Assembly (NCBI GenBank): GCA_051294375.1
Contig: CM119263.1
Location: 23,847,310-23,911,309, forward strand
Length of the DNA stretch: 64,000 nucleotides
Source: Paraspadella gotoi
Taxonomy: Eukaryota; Animalia; Chaetognatha
Reading direction: 5' to 3'
Shown piece after piece: positions 1 to 11,395 of this stretch. The position numbers and the translations under genes are program-made. Under the pieces are notes generated by a model that did not search any database, was not told the origin of the DNA, and worked only from the letters and a program-made list of their open reading frames with translations. Position 1 is the first letter of the stretch. The number at the start of each line of letters is the position of its first letter.

Positions 1-793
1 AATTTTAGAATCACATGGAGCAAAATTCATGCTAATAGAGGGTAAAAAAACTTCGACAAACCCGCTCAAAAATTACAAAAAAATATTGTATTTATCATAC
101 AGTTAAACTCGCATGGTACAATAGTAATAACCATCCGAATGTTACCCGAAGACGTAGACCGCAACCCCGACCAGTAACGACTCCCTACGGACGACGCCTG
201 GATTCGGGTTGAACAACGATCCTCCGAGACCGCGCCCCACCCCGTCTCTCTTTTCTCTCTCGGACGTCAACGATGTTTACCGACTGGTTTCCAATAGCGA
301 CAACAATGCAAAAAGCAGAAGGGAAAAGTGGGAGGATGAGAGGCGTAGTTTTGACTCGGGCGGGACAAGATAGGAGAAGAGTCGGTGAGGGTTAGAATGA
401 GTTAGGACCGAGAAAGCGATTTAGTTACTTAAAACGTTCAAGCGTTTCTTTAAGACTATCTACAAAATTCAATTTCATCAATTCAAAAATTCATATCTGT
501 GCTATCCATTTGCTATCCATAAGCATAAAATTTCCGAAAACTAGTGATCCAAAAATAATACATAATTTATTAAAATCTTAATAAACTGTTGGCGAAGTTC
601 TATTAATTCTTTTATAAATTAAAAACTATCACACTCTTAATTTTAGTGAACTACGTACTTGATCGCGAAGGTAAACAAATATAATACTTAACTCATTAAA
701 ATCTTAATAAACCGTAGGCGAAGTTCTATTAAATCTTTTATAAACTATCAACCCCAAAAAATTATTGAACTATTAAATCTTTTATAAACGATT

Positions 794-1581
794 ATGACAA
801 CAGCCGGGTTGCCTGTGATGCCCATTGGGATGGGGCATCTCACTGTTGGCTTTTGGGGCTTCCGACCCTCAATGATGGCTCCAGTAGAGCGTAGTCAAAG
901 TCACGTAAGAAAATTCTAATTGTCAATTATGAACAATGTACCACCAGTAAACATTAATTTATGGAAAAAAAGTATTTTATATTTTTTAATTTTATATTTA
1001 TATATAGTACTTTCCTAAAGAAATCCTAAAATTTCAGAATTGAATTCCTGATAAAAGTTGATAAAAGAAAATATAACTCATTTTAAAAAATTCTTTCATT
1101 TAGTAGGTTGAAAATTCAAAATACTATATTTAATAAAAAAAAAAGAATTTTCAGCTTGAAAAATAGGTTTTTATAATTTTTGACCAACTTAATATAAGAA
1201 ATTTTAGTTTATTTCTTTATATAAACTTTTTAAGACGAATCCAAATCTGCAAAAAAATCTTATAAAAATCCATTTTGAAATTTTAACAATTATAGTATTA
1301 GTACTATTCATAAATATAGCCTACTGCGTAAATTGAAAAAAATATAATAAGTTATTTTTATACATTAATGTTCATTAGTAAAACGTTGTTCATTCCTCAC
1401 TTTTAGAATTTTAAATTAAGATAAATTTAAATTAAATTTAAACTTTTTACTACGCTTTAGGCTCCAGTCACTGTCGTGGTTACCCTAGGACGGTCTCGCT
1501 TTGCCAACGCAGATGAAAATTATTAGGGCCGTGGATGGAACGCAACGCTTGAGATGGAGCGTTCCCTCTCTGAGCCAATGG
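794..1581. repeat. Dispersed GC-rich structured repeat, copy B (794-884 plus 1468-1581), split by a hAT-like MITE
   Basis: Both halves align with the contiguous copy at 13462-13670 (CAACAGCCGGGTT...GATGCCCATTGGGATGGGGCATCTCACTGTTGG...CTCCAG|TCACTG...CCCTAGGACGGTCTCGCTTTGCCAACGCAGA). Confidence 0.9.
885..1459. mobile_element. Non-autonomous hAT-like DNA transposon (MITE), 575 bp
   Basis: Imperfect TIRs TAGAGCGTAGTCAAAGT / ACTTTTTACTACGCTTTA. Exact 8-bp TSD GGCTCCAG at 877-884 and 1460-1467. The empty site is visible in the uninterrupted repeat copy near 13545. Confidence 0.9.
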
Positions 1582-1624
1582 GAATAAAACTGAATAACTT
1601 GAGTAACACAACAAAAATGTATCT

Positions 1625-1904
1625 TCAATTGAGGTTAGGCAGCGAATCTTTGACTTTTTTCTTCTTGTAACTATCCGGGTCCAACGGGTCCTTCCCGTAC
1701 TCTGCCTCCATTATTTCCCGGATTTTTGAATCCGAACATGGCACGTACACTAAGTGACCGTGCAAGTCGGCCGAACACAGGTTGTCCGCGTAGTTGAGTG
1801 TGGGCACGCCGCCCGGACGATGCTCAGTGTGGTAGATCCGTCCTTTGTATGCGAAGACCAAGTCGAACATTAGACCATTCGTGTAACCATTCACGTAGTA
1901 CCAT
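1625..1904 (-). CDS. Fukutin/LicD-family protein, exon 2 (C-terminus)
   Basis: Acceptor TTGTTTTCGCAAG|A at 1905/1904 matches the phase of the exon 1 donor (joined ...KRKQE-WYYVNGYTNGLMFDLVFAY...). LCSADLHGHLVYVPC...IMEAEYG resembles the fukutin C-terminal LCW...VHVPC...IEANYG. TGA at 1625-1627; spliced product is 457 aa. Confidence 0.85.
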
Positions 1905-2016
1905 CTTGCGAAAACAATTTTTAGGTTTTGGGCTTTTATATAAAAAATGTCTTTATGACTATTACATAATCTAAATTCTTAAATTTCAAAAACGCAGGAG
2001 CATTTGTGAGATTACC

Positions 2017-2363
2017 AAAGGTTCCGATTACAAACGTTGCATTTTGGAAAAAAAACAACTTTCCAATATTGTTCAGTTGTTACTTACAATATTGATTAAC
2101 TTTGTACTACAACACAAATTTGGCCTTACTAGGGATTGGTTAAAATCATCATAAAAAAGTACCATTTTGCAACTTTTAGGGGAAAAAATGTATCCATTTT
2201 TGTCCATTTTGAGGCAACTTACTTTAGACTTCTGATATGTCATAAGAAGAAGATAACTCAAGCCTACCATTTTTTTTAAATAATAAAATATTCATACTTG
2301 TCAGATCGTAATTTAAGTTCAGATTCCATTGTCTAAAAGAGTCTGATTGTAAGCGGAACCCTA
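2017..2363. mobile_element. Degenerate MITE in the fukutin-like intron
   Basis: Inverted termini AAGGTTCCGATTACAAAC / GATTGTAAGCGGAACCCTA. No exact TSD recognisable. Confidence 0.45.
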
Positions 2364-2614
2364 AGTATCAAAACCTTCTTATAATTTCTGGGGAATTTTG
2401 GATAAAAATAAAATATTAGTAATGTTTTCTATTAATAATAATATTTACATTCTTGAAAAAACTTCTTTTTATAACTGGCCAGTAGCATGTTACTACAGTC
2501 TGATACAAAGCTCTGATTGCTAATTAATTTACATGATTTACTGCTTTTTCTTCTTTTGCATAGTACCCAGATAACGAGAGCCCAATTGAAATAATTTTCG
2601 AAAGGTGGCCATAC

Positions 2615-3708
2615 TCCTGCTTTCTTTTGACCTTCTGAAAAGGCCAATAGTCGACGTAAGCCACCGAGACGTCGATATCCGGATGAGCCTTTATCGCCTT
2701 CATGATCGCGGGATAGAGCGGCAAGTTGCTCCAATGCATGAGATCGATATCGATATCCTTGGGTACGATGCTGCACTGGCGCCACCAACCGAGTAGAGTG
2801 GCGCAGTTGAGAAAGGAGCGAACGCGGAAATCCGCCATCAAGCGTCGAAACATTGAGATTGGCTTCATGTAGAAGAGAATGTCCTTATTGTCGACGAGCT
2901 GTTGGAGTTTGGGATGGCTCGCTCCCTCGGGCGTTTTCTTCACGCACGTCTTAAACTCGGCGGCGCCCCTCTGCCATACGAAGAGATCCGCGTCGGCCGG
3001 TTTGAGGAAGAGCGCCTCCGCCGCCGACGCTGGCTCCAGTCGAAAATCGTCGAACGCTTCCGCCGGTAAATAAACGTTGCCGTCGTCGTCGTCTTCTCTT
3101 CCTGTCCATCGGTATTCGTAACCCGAGCGACCGCGTTTGTGATAGAGGCGAAAGTGAACGCGCTTCCAAAGATAATAGGGCGAGTTACGACTATCTAAAA
3201 TATTGTTCAGATTGTTCGAGTCGGTAGCGACGATGACGAAAGCGTTGACTAAGATCCCGTCCTCCTTTTGATATCTCGCTACGGGCGGTTTGGGCATGCG
3301 ACACGACCTCAAGTCTTTCGTGGAGACGGTGGAGTGGATGACGTCTTCGAGTCTTTCCGCGTCCTCGCCGAGGACGCCGTAGCGGTTGAGGGGGACGTCG
3401 TCGTCGATGAAGCGCGCCATAAAGTCGGGCGTCGGCGACGCCGCCCGCAAGATGTCGCTCGTTTCGATGACGAAGACGCTTACATTGTAGTGGACGAGGT
3501 TGTCGAAGAGGCGTTTGAAAAAACGGGTCGCGCATTTCGAGTTTTTTGACGAATGACCGAGGACGGTTTTTATTTTAGTTTTTATGTCATTTTTTTGTTC
3601 CGTTTGTTCGTAATACGAAACGGAGAAGAGTAGATAAAAAGAGAAAAGTATTAAGAACGAAATCAAAATGAAAAGAAGTAAGGCCCGTTTTTTAATTTTT
3701 AGTAACAT
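2615..3708 (-). CDS. Fukutin/LicD-family type II membrane phosphotransferase, exon 1
   Basis: ATG at 3708 followed by a signal anchor (KKRALLLFILISFLILFSFYLLF). LicD motif FLNCATLLGWWRQCSIVPKDIDIDL aligns by eye with fukutin [25 protein letters not shown]. Phase-2 donor GA|GTATGG at 2615/2614. Confidence 0.88.
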
Positions 3709-3875
3709 TTTTTTCGCCGAAATACGTGGTAATGATTTCGATCGACGAATTCAGAAAAAAAAATAGGACTTTGAAGCCTCCGGAATGAAAACTAAATCGT
3801 GCGGCCTTAGCATTTTAAATACTGTAAATTGGAAAAGTATTAAGTATACCATATATTTATTTACTCACTATTATT

Positions 3876-3915
<40 letters not shown>

Positions 3916-4094
3916 TAAAAGAAAGAATCATATCAAAGTTCCAATATCATTGTTGAAAATACCCGAATCAAAAATCATTTTTTTCGAACTCAAATTATCC
4001 GTCTATAACGAGAATCGAAAACAAAAAAGATTAAGAGGTTTCTTTTAATTTCATGTCTTCTCTCTTTCTCCGAATGACGGTTTTTATTGAATTA

Positions 4095-4263
4095 GTTCCA
4101 GAACTTCGGATCTGACTCTAGTACGCCACTACTGGTGGGATAGACTGAGACGTCCGTTCTACCTTCTAGCATTGATACCAACGGGGCACGAACCAGGGTT
4201 GCGTTGACGAGTTCAAGGGTGTGGCGATAGTGAATGTGTTGCCACAATGTAATAATAATATAA
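4095..4263 (+). mobile_element. Possible 3' end of a LINE (RTE-like) with a (TAA)n tail
   Basis: GC-richer island ending in GTAATAATAATA. Broken translation YWWDRLRR...RVA...RVWR loosely resembles RTE C-termini. 3' hairpin GTGGCGA...TTGCCAC. Confidence 0.3.
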
Positions 4264-4522
4264 TTGATTCACTCTGGTATTTTTAACGTTTTAACGTCAC
4301 AAAGAGGAAAAAGTTTAATTTTAAATTTCTAAAATTTGTTGCTACTTTTTCTTAGGTTTATAATTATATATTATAATATATATTATAATATATTATAATT
4401 ATATATGTGATCAGGGAAAAGGATGTTTAAATGGCGATACGATAGGTACCACTTGGTTAACTATCTTTCTAGTTCATTCAAAAGTTCAAAATTTCTAGAA
4501 TCTTAAATAATCATAAATAATT

Positions 4523-4571
<49 letters not shown>

Positions 4572-6479
4572 GACAATCTCCACCCTTTTAACTGTAACCA
4601 CACCTCGTCTGCTGCTTCTCTAATATCTATATACTATAGTACACTGTACTAAGTACAGGGGTCTTGCGGCCAACTGTGTCAAGCCGGTCTTTTATGTTAA
4701 CTTTTTCATTTCATCAGTCCCAAACGAGTAACCGTGTATTATTTTTCGATGTTTTATTATCGGTCTCTCCGTTTTCCGGCCGGTGATCTCTGATTGGAGA
4801 AAAGAGCGACCGGCACGTTCTTATAGGAAAATATACTAGTTTAAGACCATTTCATCCAGCTCAGCTTAACATACAATTGGCACCACAAATTCGAATCATT
4901 TAATTAATGACAAACTCGGTCGTCTCATTTGTACTCGATATATCAAAAAATTACTTTTATCTTGTACATATATAAACTGTGTTAAAAAACCTAATTGCGA
5001 AAAACTAAGATTGATATTAAATTGGTACAATCAATAGTTTAGAAAATAGTTATAATTTCGAGCGAAAAATCACAGAAAAATATCTCGGTGCTTAAACGAA
5101 AGAACTGGCATTAGGAAAGTTTGAAGACGTCAACTTTGGTGCTATTCGAATTTGATGCTGAGGAACTTTGATGTTGCACCATATTGCCACCCCATACAAC
5201 TTTGCCTTTGGCGCCAAACAGATTGAGTCGCCATTTTGATCCGAGGAAATCGGAAAATTATGCACCTGGAAAAAGCGACCACCGAAGTTCGCGCTAATGG
5301 CGGGAAGTCTTGGCGGGAAAATTTGGTAGAGAAATTTGAATGAGAAAGGAATTTTTTTATAGATATTGTTGATTAGTAATGATTACTGACTTTAGCGAAT
5401 CTCGTAGAAATACTGTAATGTTTTAAAGCAAAGGACTTCACGCTGCTTTTCTTAAATATTGACAATTTTTATAATTTAACGAAAAAATGTTGTTTTTTTT
5501 TATTCTCTCTTCTTCTGCTTTACTTGCGCCATTCACATGATAAATGTCATTTATGTTTCTCATAATTTCTCATAACAAAATGATTTTTTTTGCGGTTACA
5601 CAAATAACGAATATTTGGAAAAAACTTGAGGCGTGTTTTTTGTGTGATAAATAAATGGTACATATATTAACGAAAAACAGAGTTAAAAGCAATAACGGAA
5701 AAAATAACAACTACGCATTTACATTGGCTGAAAAAAGGTCAGCCATAACAATTTATTCCAGGTCGAATGGTCGAATGGTCATTCTTGCTGACCCCAACGA
5801 GTCGCAAAGTAGAAAGACCTCGTCGTCGTCGTCGTTTTCGCCTGAACTATTTGAGCTTCCAATTTTTTAAATTTTACTTAAAAGTTTCTCCCTGGTAGTA
5901 ATGTGACTATAAAAATATGAAAAAAAAACACCTATAATCTCTGATATCGCTTCAAAAATACAATGTCCTTTGACCCAGGCACGGGTTTATTTCTTCGCAA
6001 CGAGCCACGCCGTAATTGCTTTGAGGTTTTGTTGTTGTACTTATTTACTGTCGGTTATCGTCGTCGTCGCCGCCGCCGCCTCTCTTCGTCATCATCAGTA
6101 CAGTTTTCTGCAGAGCGAAGAATTACTGCAAAAATCAGCGGCAGCGGTAGTCGGCGAACCTTGGATGGCTGAACCGTTCATTATATACTCACGCCCTGGT
6201 TTTACGACATTAAGTGTCGTTCAAAATGTAGAAACAATTTGAAAAGTAAAAAACGATCAAAATCAAGTTATAAGATTAATAGAAAAATAGTGAGGAAGAA
6301 AGTAGGAGACAGAGAACGCGGTTGACAAATCTTGAATTTTATTCATGAGCGGAGTTTTGAATTTCATAGTTTCCTACTTTCTGTCAATTTTTTTTTTAGA
6401 ATTTCCCGTGAAATTGTTTTGCGTCGCGTCGTCGTCAGAGGCAGCGACCCTCACGGGCGAAGCTTGTCTCGGCCGCGAC

Positions 6480-6870
6480 TTGCTTTGACTTGATAGGCGT
6501 TCGTCCTTCGGGGGACTGCCTCACTCTCAATGCTGTCGTCGTATGTGTCGCGCTCGATTTGATCTATCGAGATCCATTCCGCAAAGATTACATCTAACTC
6601 GAACACTTTTGAAAACTCTAGCTTCTTCAACTTCTCTTCCTGAGCTCATTAGACCAGCTATCTCACAGCTTTTCCGGTGCTTGCTTATATAATTCGGGCT
6701 ATACTCTTTCCCACACACGCACTTCCTTTTCGATGAGTCACTGGCCTTACCACCACATACCTTATAGTGGTTAATCAGGTTTGCTTCCTGAAGGAAAGAT
6801 TCATCACATTTTCCGCAAATGAAAGACTTCTTCTGACTGGATACTTCGTGAATCCTTTTCTTGTGTGTCA
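6480..6870 (-). mobile_element. 5'-truncated RTE-like non-LTR retrotransposon encoding C-terminal zinc fingers
   Basis: Minus-strand HKKRIHE...FICGKCDESFLQEANLINHYKVC...KCVCGKEYSPNYISKHRKSC...CNLCGMDLDRSNRARHIRRQH, then stop, short 3' UTR and a CAAGT-type repeat tail (TCAAGTCAAAGCAAGT). Candidate TSD CGCGAC at 6474-6479 and 6871-6876. Confidence 0.65.
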
Positions 6871-8326
6871 CGCGACGTCCTTTGACACGTTCTCGTCGTC
6901 CTTTGTCACGGCCTCGACATGATGCTATACCATGCAGGATCATGCCTTCTGCATGAGGCGAGGTCGATACTCTCTCTCTTTGACTATCCCAGTCACAGCA
7001 GCCACTAACACCAACCCTAACCCTAAAATTTTTTATTTTTGGTCTATCGTGACTCGCCATGACAAAGCCTTGTGTTGCTTAGTCACGGCAACGACCCGCG
7101 CTGCCAAGTCAAACGCGAAGGCTTCCGTTGCCAAGGAAACGCCTGGCGCCGACGGGGGATTTATTTATGTATGAAAAAGAGAAAGAAAGCGTCGCCCGAA
7201 TTTTTTATGTCTCAAGAATTCGTCGACGCGAAAAAAAAGGGGGACGTTAGTAGAAAACATATGGCGACATCCGGGTCGTCGTTGTATTCGTCGTTGTCGT
7301 CGTAGATTTTAGCTTCGTCTTTTTTTTTCATGGTTGTCGTCGTTGAATCTCGACGTCGAGGGACAGAAATCGATCGAGTGTCACTGGATCTCTGTGATCC
7401 ACCGACCTTAGACCTCCCAAAATATCATACATTTATGAAAGTTCCTGATACCTGCAAAGTTTCTTGTGTCAAATTTAGTGGAGAAAACAAAAATCACAAT
7501 AAAAAATTTTCTGGATGCTCATTATGGATTTTCCACGCTAGTTTTTGCGTCGAACCACTTCCGGTTTTAAAAATTCAGGATTTTTGGAAAAAAATGAGCT
7601 GTTATTCAGCCAGCATACTTAAATTAATCAAAATAAAGTTACCAATAACCTTAATATTACATTTTTTGTTTTGGTTTATAAATTAGGTTATAAAAAATAT
7701 AATTACAAAAGGCTTCAAGTTAAAAATTCATAATTTTTTTAAGCCAAATTGGCCCTAATCAAACTACTCCACTAATTTTAATAAAAATTTTACTATCTGG
7801 TTAAACTAATAGAACTGTCAAAGGGATTTTAAATCTTTAATCTTTAAACCAAGACATTGACCTTTAAAAAGTTTACCAAGTGATGCAAAAATAAAGTAGC
7901 GAATAAGATGGAAGGCGACTTGGCCTTTGCAGCTCGCAAGCCTCTCACTCACCCCTAACCCTAAACCGGGCCCTAAACAAACCTTTAATCTTAATCAGTT
8001 TCCCTAGCTTGGGATATCTAACCTACACCTAGCCCTAACCTTAACGTGAACTTCTTGTCTTACCCTAAGTCTGAATCTTAACCCGAGCAACCTTTCCCCT
8101 AACCTTAACCCAAGCTAGTGTACTTCCTGCTGAACCTTAACCCAAAACCAGTCCCTGATCCAAACTCTTACCAGTTTCCCTGGCTGGTAACATCTGCAGA
8201 GAGTCACTTCCTTAGCCCTAACCCTAACCTAGGCCTCCTGTTTTATATCATGCCAGAACCCTAACCCTGCATCACTTAAAAGACTATCCACCAACCCTCA
8301 CCTCAGCCTGAGGTTTACCTCTGAGC

Positions 8327-9558
8327 TAGTGTTCTGACAACGCTTAACTGTTAACGGTTATTAATGGTTAAAAATAATTTTAACTTCACCGTTAATATAT
8401 TTATTTTAACGGTTAAATTCGGTTATTTTCAAATGTGATTTTTTTTCATTTTTTGGTATGAAATCTTTAAGTAAAAAAAAAACATATTTTTTTCCTATCC
8501 TCTCTTATTCTCCTCTTCCCTCTCACACCATATTTTTACCCCTCTCTCTCTTCTCCACTTTTTCCCTGCTTTTTCCTTTGTTATTTTCTTCTTTTTTTTT
8601 CTATCTTAATCTCTCTCTTATTCTTTCTTCCCCTTTATTTATCTCCTCCAGTTTCTTTCTTTTCTTTCTCACTTTTCGACTGTTTCTTTCCCCCTTTCTT
8701 TTCTCTACTTTTTTCTCCCTTTTTCTCCCTGTTATTTTACCTTTTTCCTTTTTTTGCCCTTCCATGCAATAATATATATTCAATTTAGCTAAAAATAAAT
8801 AATCCTTCTTATTTTACTTTTTCTCTCTTTTTTTCCCTGTTTAAAATGAACAAAGAAGACAAATGAAATAAAACCGAATGAAGGAAAAAAATTATTAAAA
8901 AACCAAATAAAAAAATTATTAAAAAAATTTTAAAATTGAAATAGAAGGAACGAATCTTAAAAAGACATTAAGGCTAACTAAAACTATCCTTCAATAATGA
9001 TGATATACTTTTTAATTAACTGAAAAATATATTTATTGATCAATAAATCTTTTGATCAATCGATAAATCAACCAGTCTATCAATAAAATTAAAAATTAAA
9101 ATTTATATTAATGGTCAATGACCATTGGTCATGGTTTATGAAAGACTAACAACAGAAACAAAGCGTTCAAGAAACTAACAACTACAAAAATAATGAGGAA
9201 GAGAAGTAGAGAAGAAAAATAGAAAGCAAAAGGGAGAAGAGAAAACAAAATATACTAGAATTAGTATTCGATGGTATCCTTCGTTTTATTATGAGAATAG
9301 CAAAAATATTTCTTTTGTTACAACAACAATTTTATTTGCATAAAAAAACATGTTTCGACTCTGTTTCGAGTCTTCTTCAGCGCATTCAGTTAAAGTTAAA
9401 GAGAAAATACCATTAAATGCTTTATTTTGTTTTAAATCTTAATATTTTAAATTTAAAGTTAAATTATAAAATAACCGATCTTAACGGTTAACCGTTAAAA
9501 ATGTTAGTTTTAACGGTTAAGCGAATTTCCTAAAAAATTAACGGTTATCGGAACTCTA
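8327..9558. mobile_element. Nested hAT-like MITE, 1232 bp
   Basis: TIRs TAGTGTTCTGACAAC / GTTATCGGAACTCTA (12 of 15 match). Exact TSD CTCTGAGC at 8319-8326 and 9559-9566. Repeated subterminal TTAACGGTTA motifs at both ends. Confidence 0.88.
9331..9390 (-). ncRNA. Minimal type I hammerhead ribozyme motif (Penelope-type), probably degenerate
   Basis: Minus strand reads GAATGCG CTGAAGA A GACTC gaaaca GAGTC GAAA CATGT TTTTTT ATGCA AATAAA. Catalytic boxes intact, perfect stem II, palindromic stem III (ACATGT), followed by AATAAA. Stem I is out of register. Confidence 0.6.
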
Positions 9559-10437
9559 CTCTGAGCCTCAACTGAGGCTTCCCTGCCTCCTGGCCATCAA
9601 TAAGGCTAAACTTTAATCTTTAATTTCCTTCCCCAGTAGCTTCCCTAACCTTAACCCAAGCTTCTTATCCTTTTCTGAGCTGGTCCAAATTGCACTTAAT
9701 CATAGCAACCTGGCCAAATGATAATTTTGCTGTTGGCTTGTACTAGCTTGTATCTGGGACATTAAGATCAGGGTTGAGGCTTGCAAATGAATAGAAAGGC
9801 TTGGGCTAAGGTTTAGGTTGGGGGAGAGGCTAAGGGTTAAGGGTGAGTGGAGGCTTGCTAGCCACAAAGCCCAAAGCGCCTTTTATCTAATTACTACTTC
9901 TCTTAGCATTATTTGGCAAACCTTTAAAGGCCAATATCTTGGCTTAAGGATATTTAATATTTAAAATCCCTTAGAGAATTCTATTTGTATAACCAAATCA
10001 TACTTTCTTATAAAATCTTATAGAATTTGGTCAGGGACGATTTGCGGAAAAAAACAAATAATTTCTAATTTTAAGTCTTTTGTAATAATAATTTTTTAAC
10101 CTTATTTATAAACCACAACAATTAATTGAGTATTAAGGTTATTATAATTTTATTTTGATTAATTTAAGTATGCTGGCTGAATAACAGCTCATTTTTTTCC
10201 AAAAATTTTGAATTTTTAAAACCGGAAGTGGTACGACGCAAAAACTGGCGTGGAAAATCCATCAAGAGCATTCGGGGAAATTTTTATTGTGATATTCGTT
10301 TTCTCCACTAAATTTGGCACAAGAAACTTTGCAGGTATCAGGAACACTTTCAAAAATGCATGGTATTTCTGGGAGCTCTAACCGACCTGACTTTCTTTTA
10401 TTACGTCACAATTTTGGGTATATAAATTTGGGTAGAG

Positions 10438-10491
<54 letters not shown>

Positions 10492-11360
10492 TCGCGTTTC
10501 CTTCTTCGACAGTCGACCTTGAATCACGAGAGATGGCAAAGGAAGACCGTGACGAGTTTAGGCGAATTTGTCAGTCTATAGTTTATAAAAATTTAGAATA
10601 TATTTCGTAACAAAATGAATTTATCAAAATTACTCGACCACGTTTTCAACATCGACCAAATGGTTAGAAATTAACAATTGGATCAGTTGAGGTGAGTTGA
10701 GTTAAGCGCCGAGATGATGTCGATGCGGAAGAGAAAGAAGAAACGTGAAAAGGTAGGCGTGGAGACAGGAAGTTGGTGAACGCCAATGACGTCAGCGGGA
10801 GAGTAAAAAAAATCTTGGCTCGAGAAAATCTGTGAGCGACGCCGGGGGTTGAATTGCGAAGGGAAAGTTGGCAAGGTGACCACGATGCTAAGAATAGGAG
10901 GGGGGGCGGGGATCATGGGCACTGGGGAGAGGAGATAAAGAGAGAGAGAGGAATCAGTCATCTTAACTAATTGCTTGTATAGCCATTTATTTCAATCATA
11001 ATTGTTTACATGCAATCTGAAATTTGTAAACATTAGCATTTCTCCTTTACTTTTTACTTTGTGTATGTATATTATATATTTAGTTCTTACTTGAAATGTA
11101 AGGCAAAAGTTTATAAGGCTAAGATGGAAAAAAACGTCAGTCAAGGAAGACAAAATTTGTTGTTAAGGTTCATTTTCTTGCTTCGCTGCGTTGAAGATCA
11201 ACACCAACGACATTTATCGCAAAAATAACAATAACAACAACGAAAATGGATATATTTTCTTTCTGGAATTGCAGGACAATGGGCATTTTTCGTTAGCCAA
11301 GTACAAATCATTACATGCTATTTAAACAATATTTCTTTCTTTCTTTCTTCACGTCTTTTT

Positions 11361-11395
<35 letters not shown>

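Larger units (their letters stand above)
7409..10380. mobile_element. Non-autonomous foldback-like DNA transposon with ~550-bp TIRs and an 8-bp TSD
   Basis: 7409-~7965 is the reverse complement of ~9830-10380 (e.g. GAGCTGTTATTCAGCCAGCATACTTAAATTAATCAAAATAAA vs its complement at 10145-10190). Termini TAGACCTCCCA / TGGGAGCTCTA. Exact TSD ACCGACCT at 7401-7408 and 10381-10388. Confidence 0.9.

Noticed and set aside
568-788. Degenerate AT-rich direct repeats (~127-bp spacing)
   Set aside because: An ordinary local duplication with no TIR, TSD or structural signal.
6527-7060. 177-aa C2H2 transcription factor gene
   Set aside because: Better explained as a truncated LINE 3' end with a repeat tail and TSD; the N-terminus is read-through from a neighbouring repeat.
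7950-8270. True telomere or chromosome fusion site
   Set aside because: The repeats are degenerate, interspersed and internal to a TSD-bounded transposon.
10683-10961. 92-aa minus-strand ORF after a good acceptor, and an exon-like island at 14330-14530 with a GTAAGT donor
   Set aside because: No recognisable homology, and I could not link them into a gene model; left uncalled.
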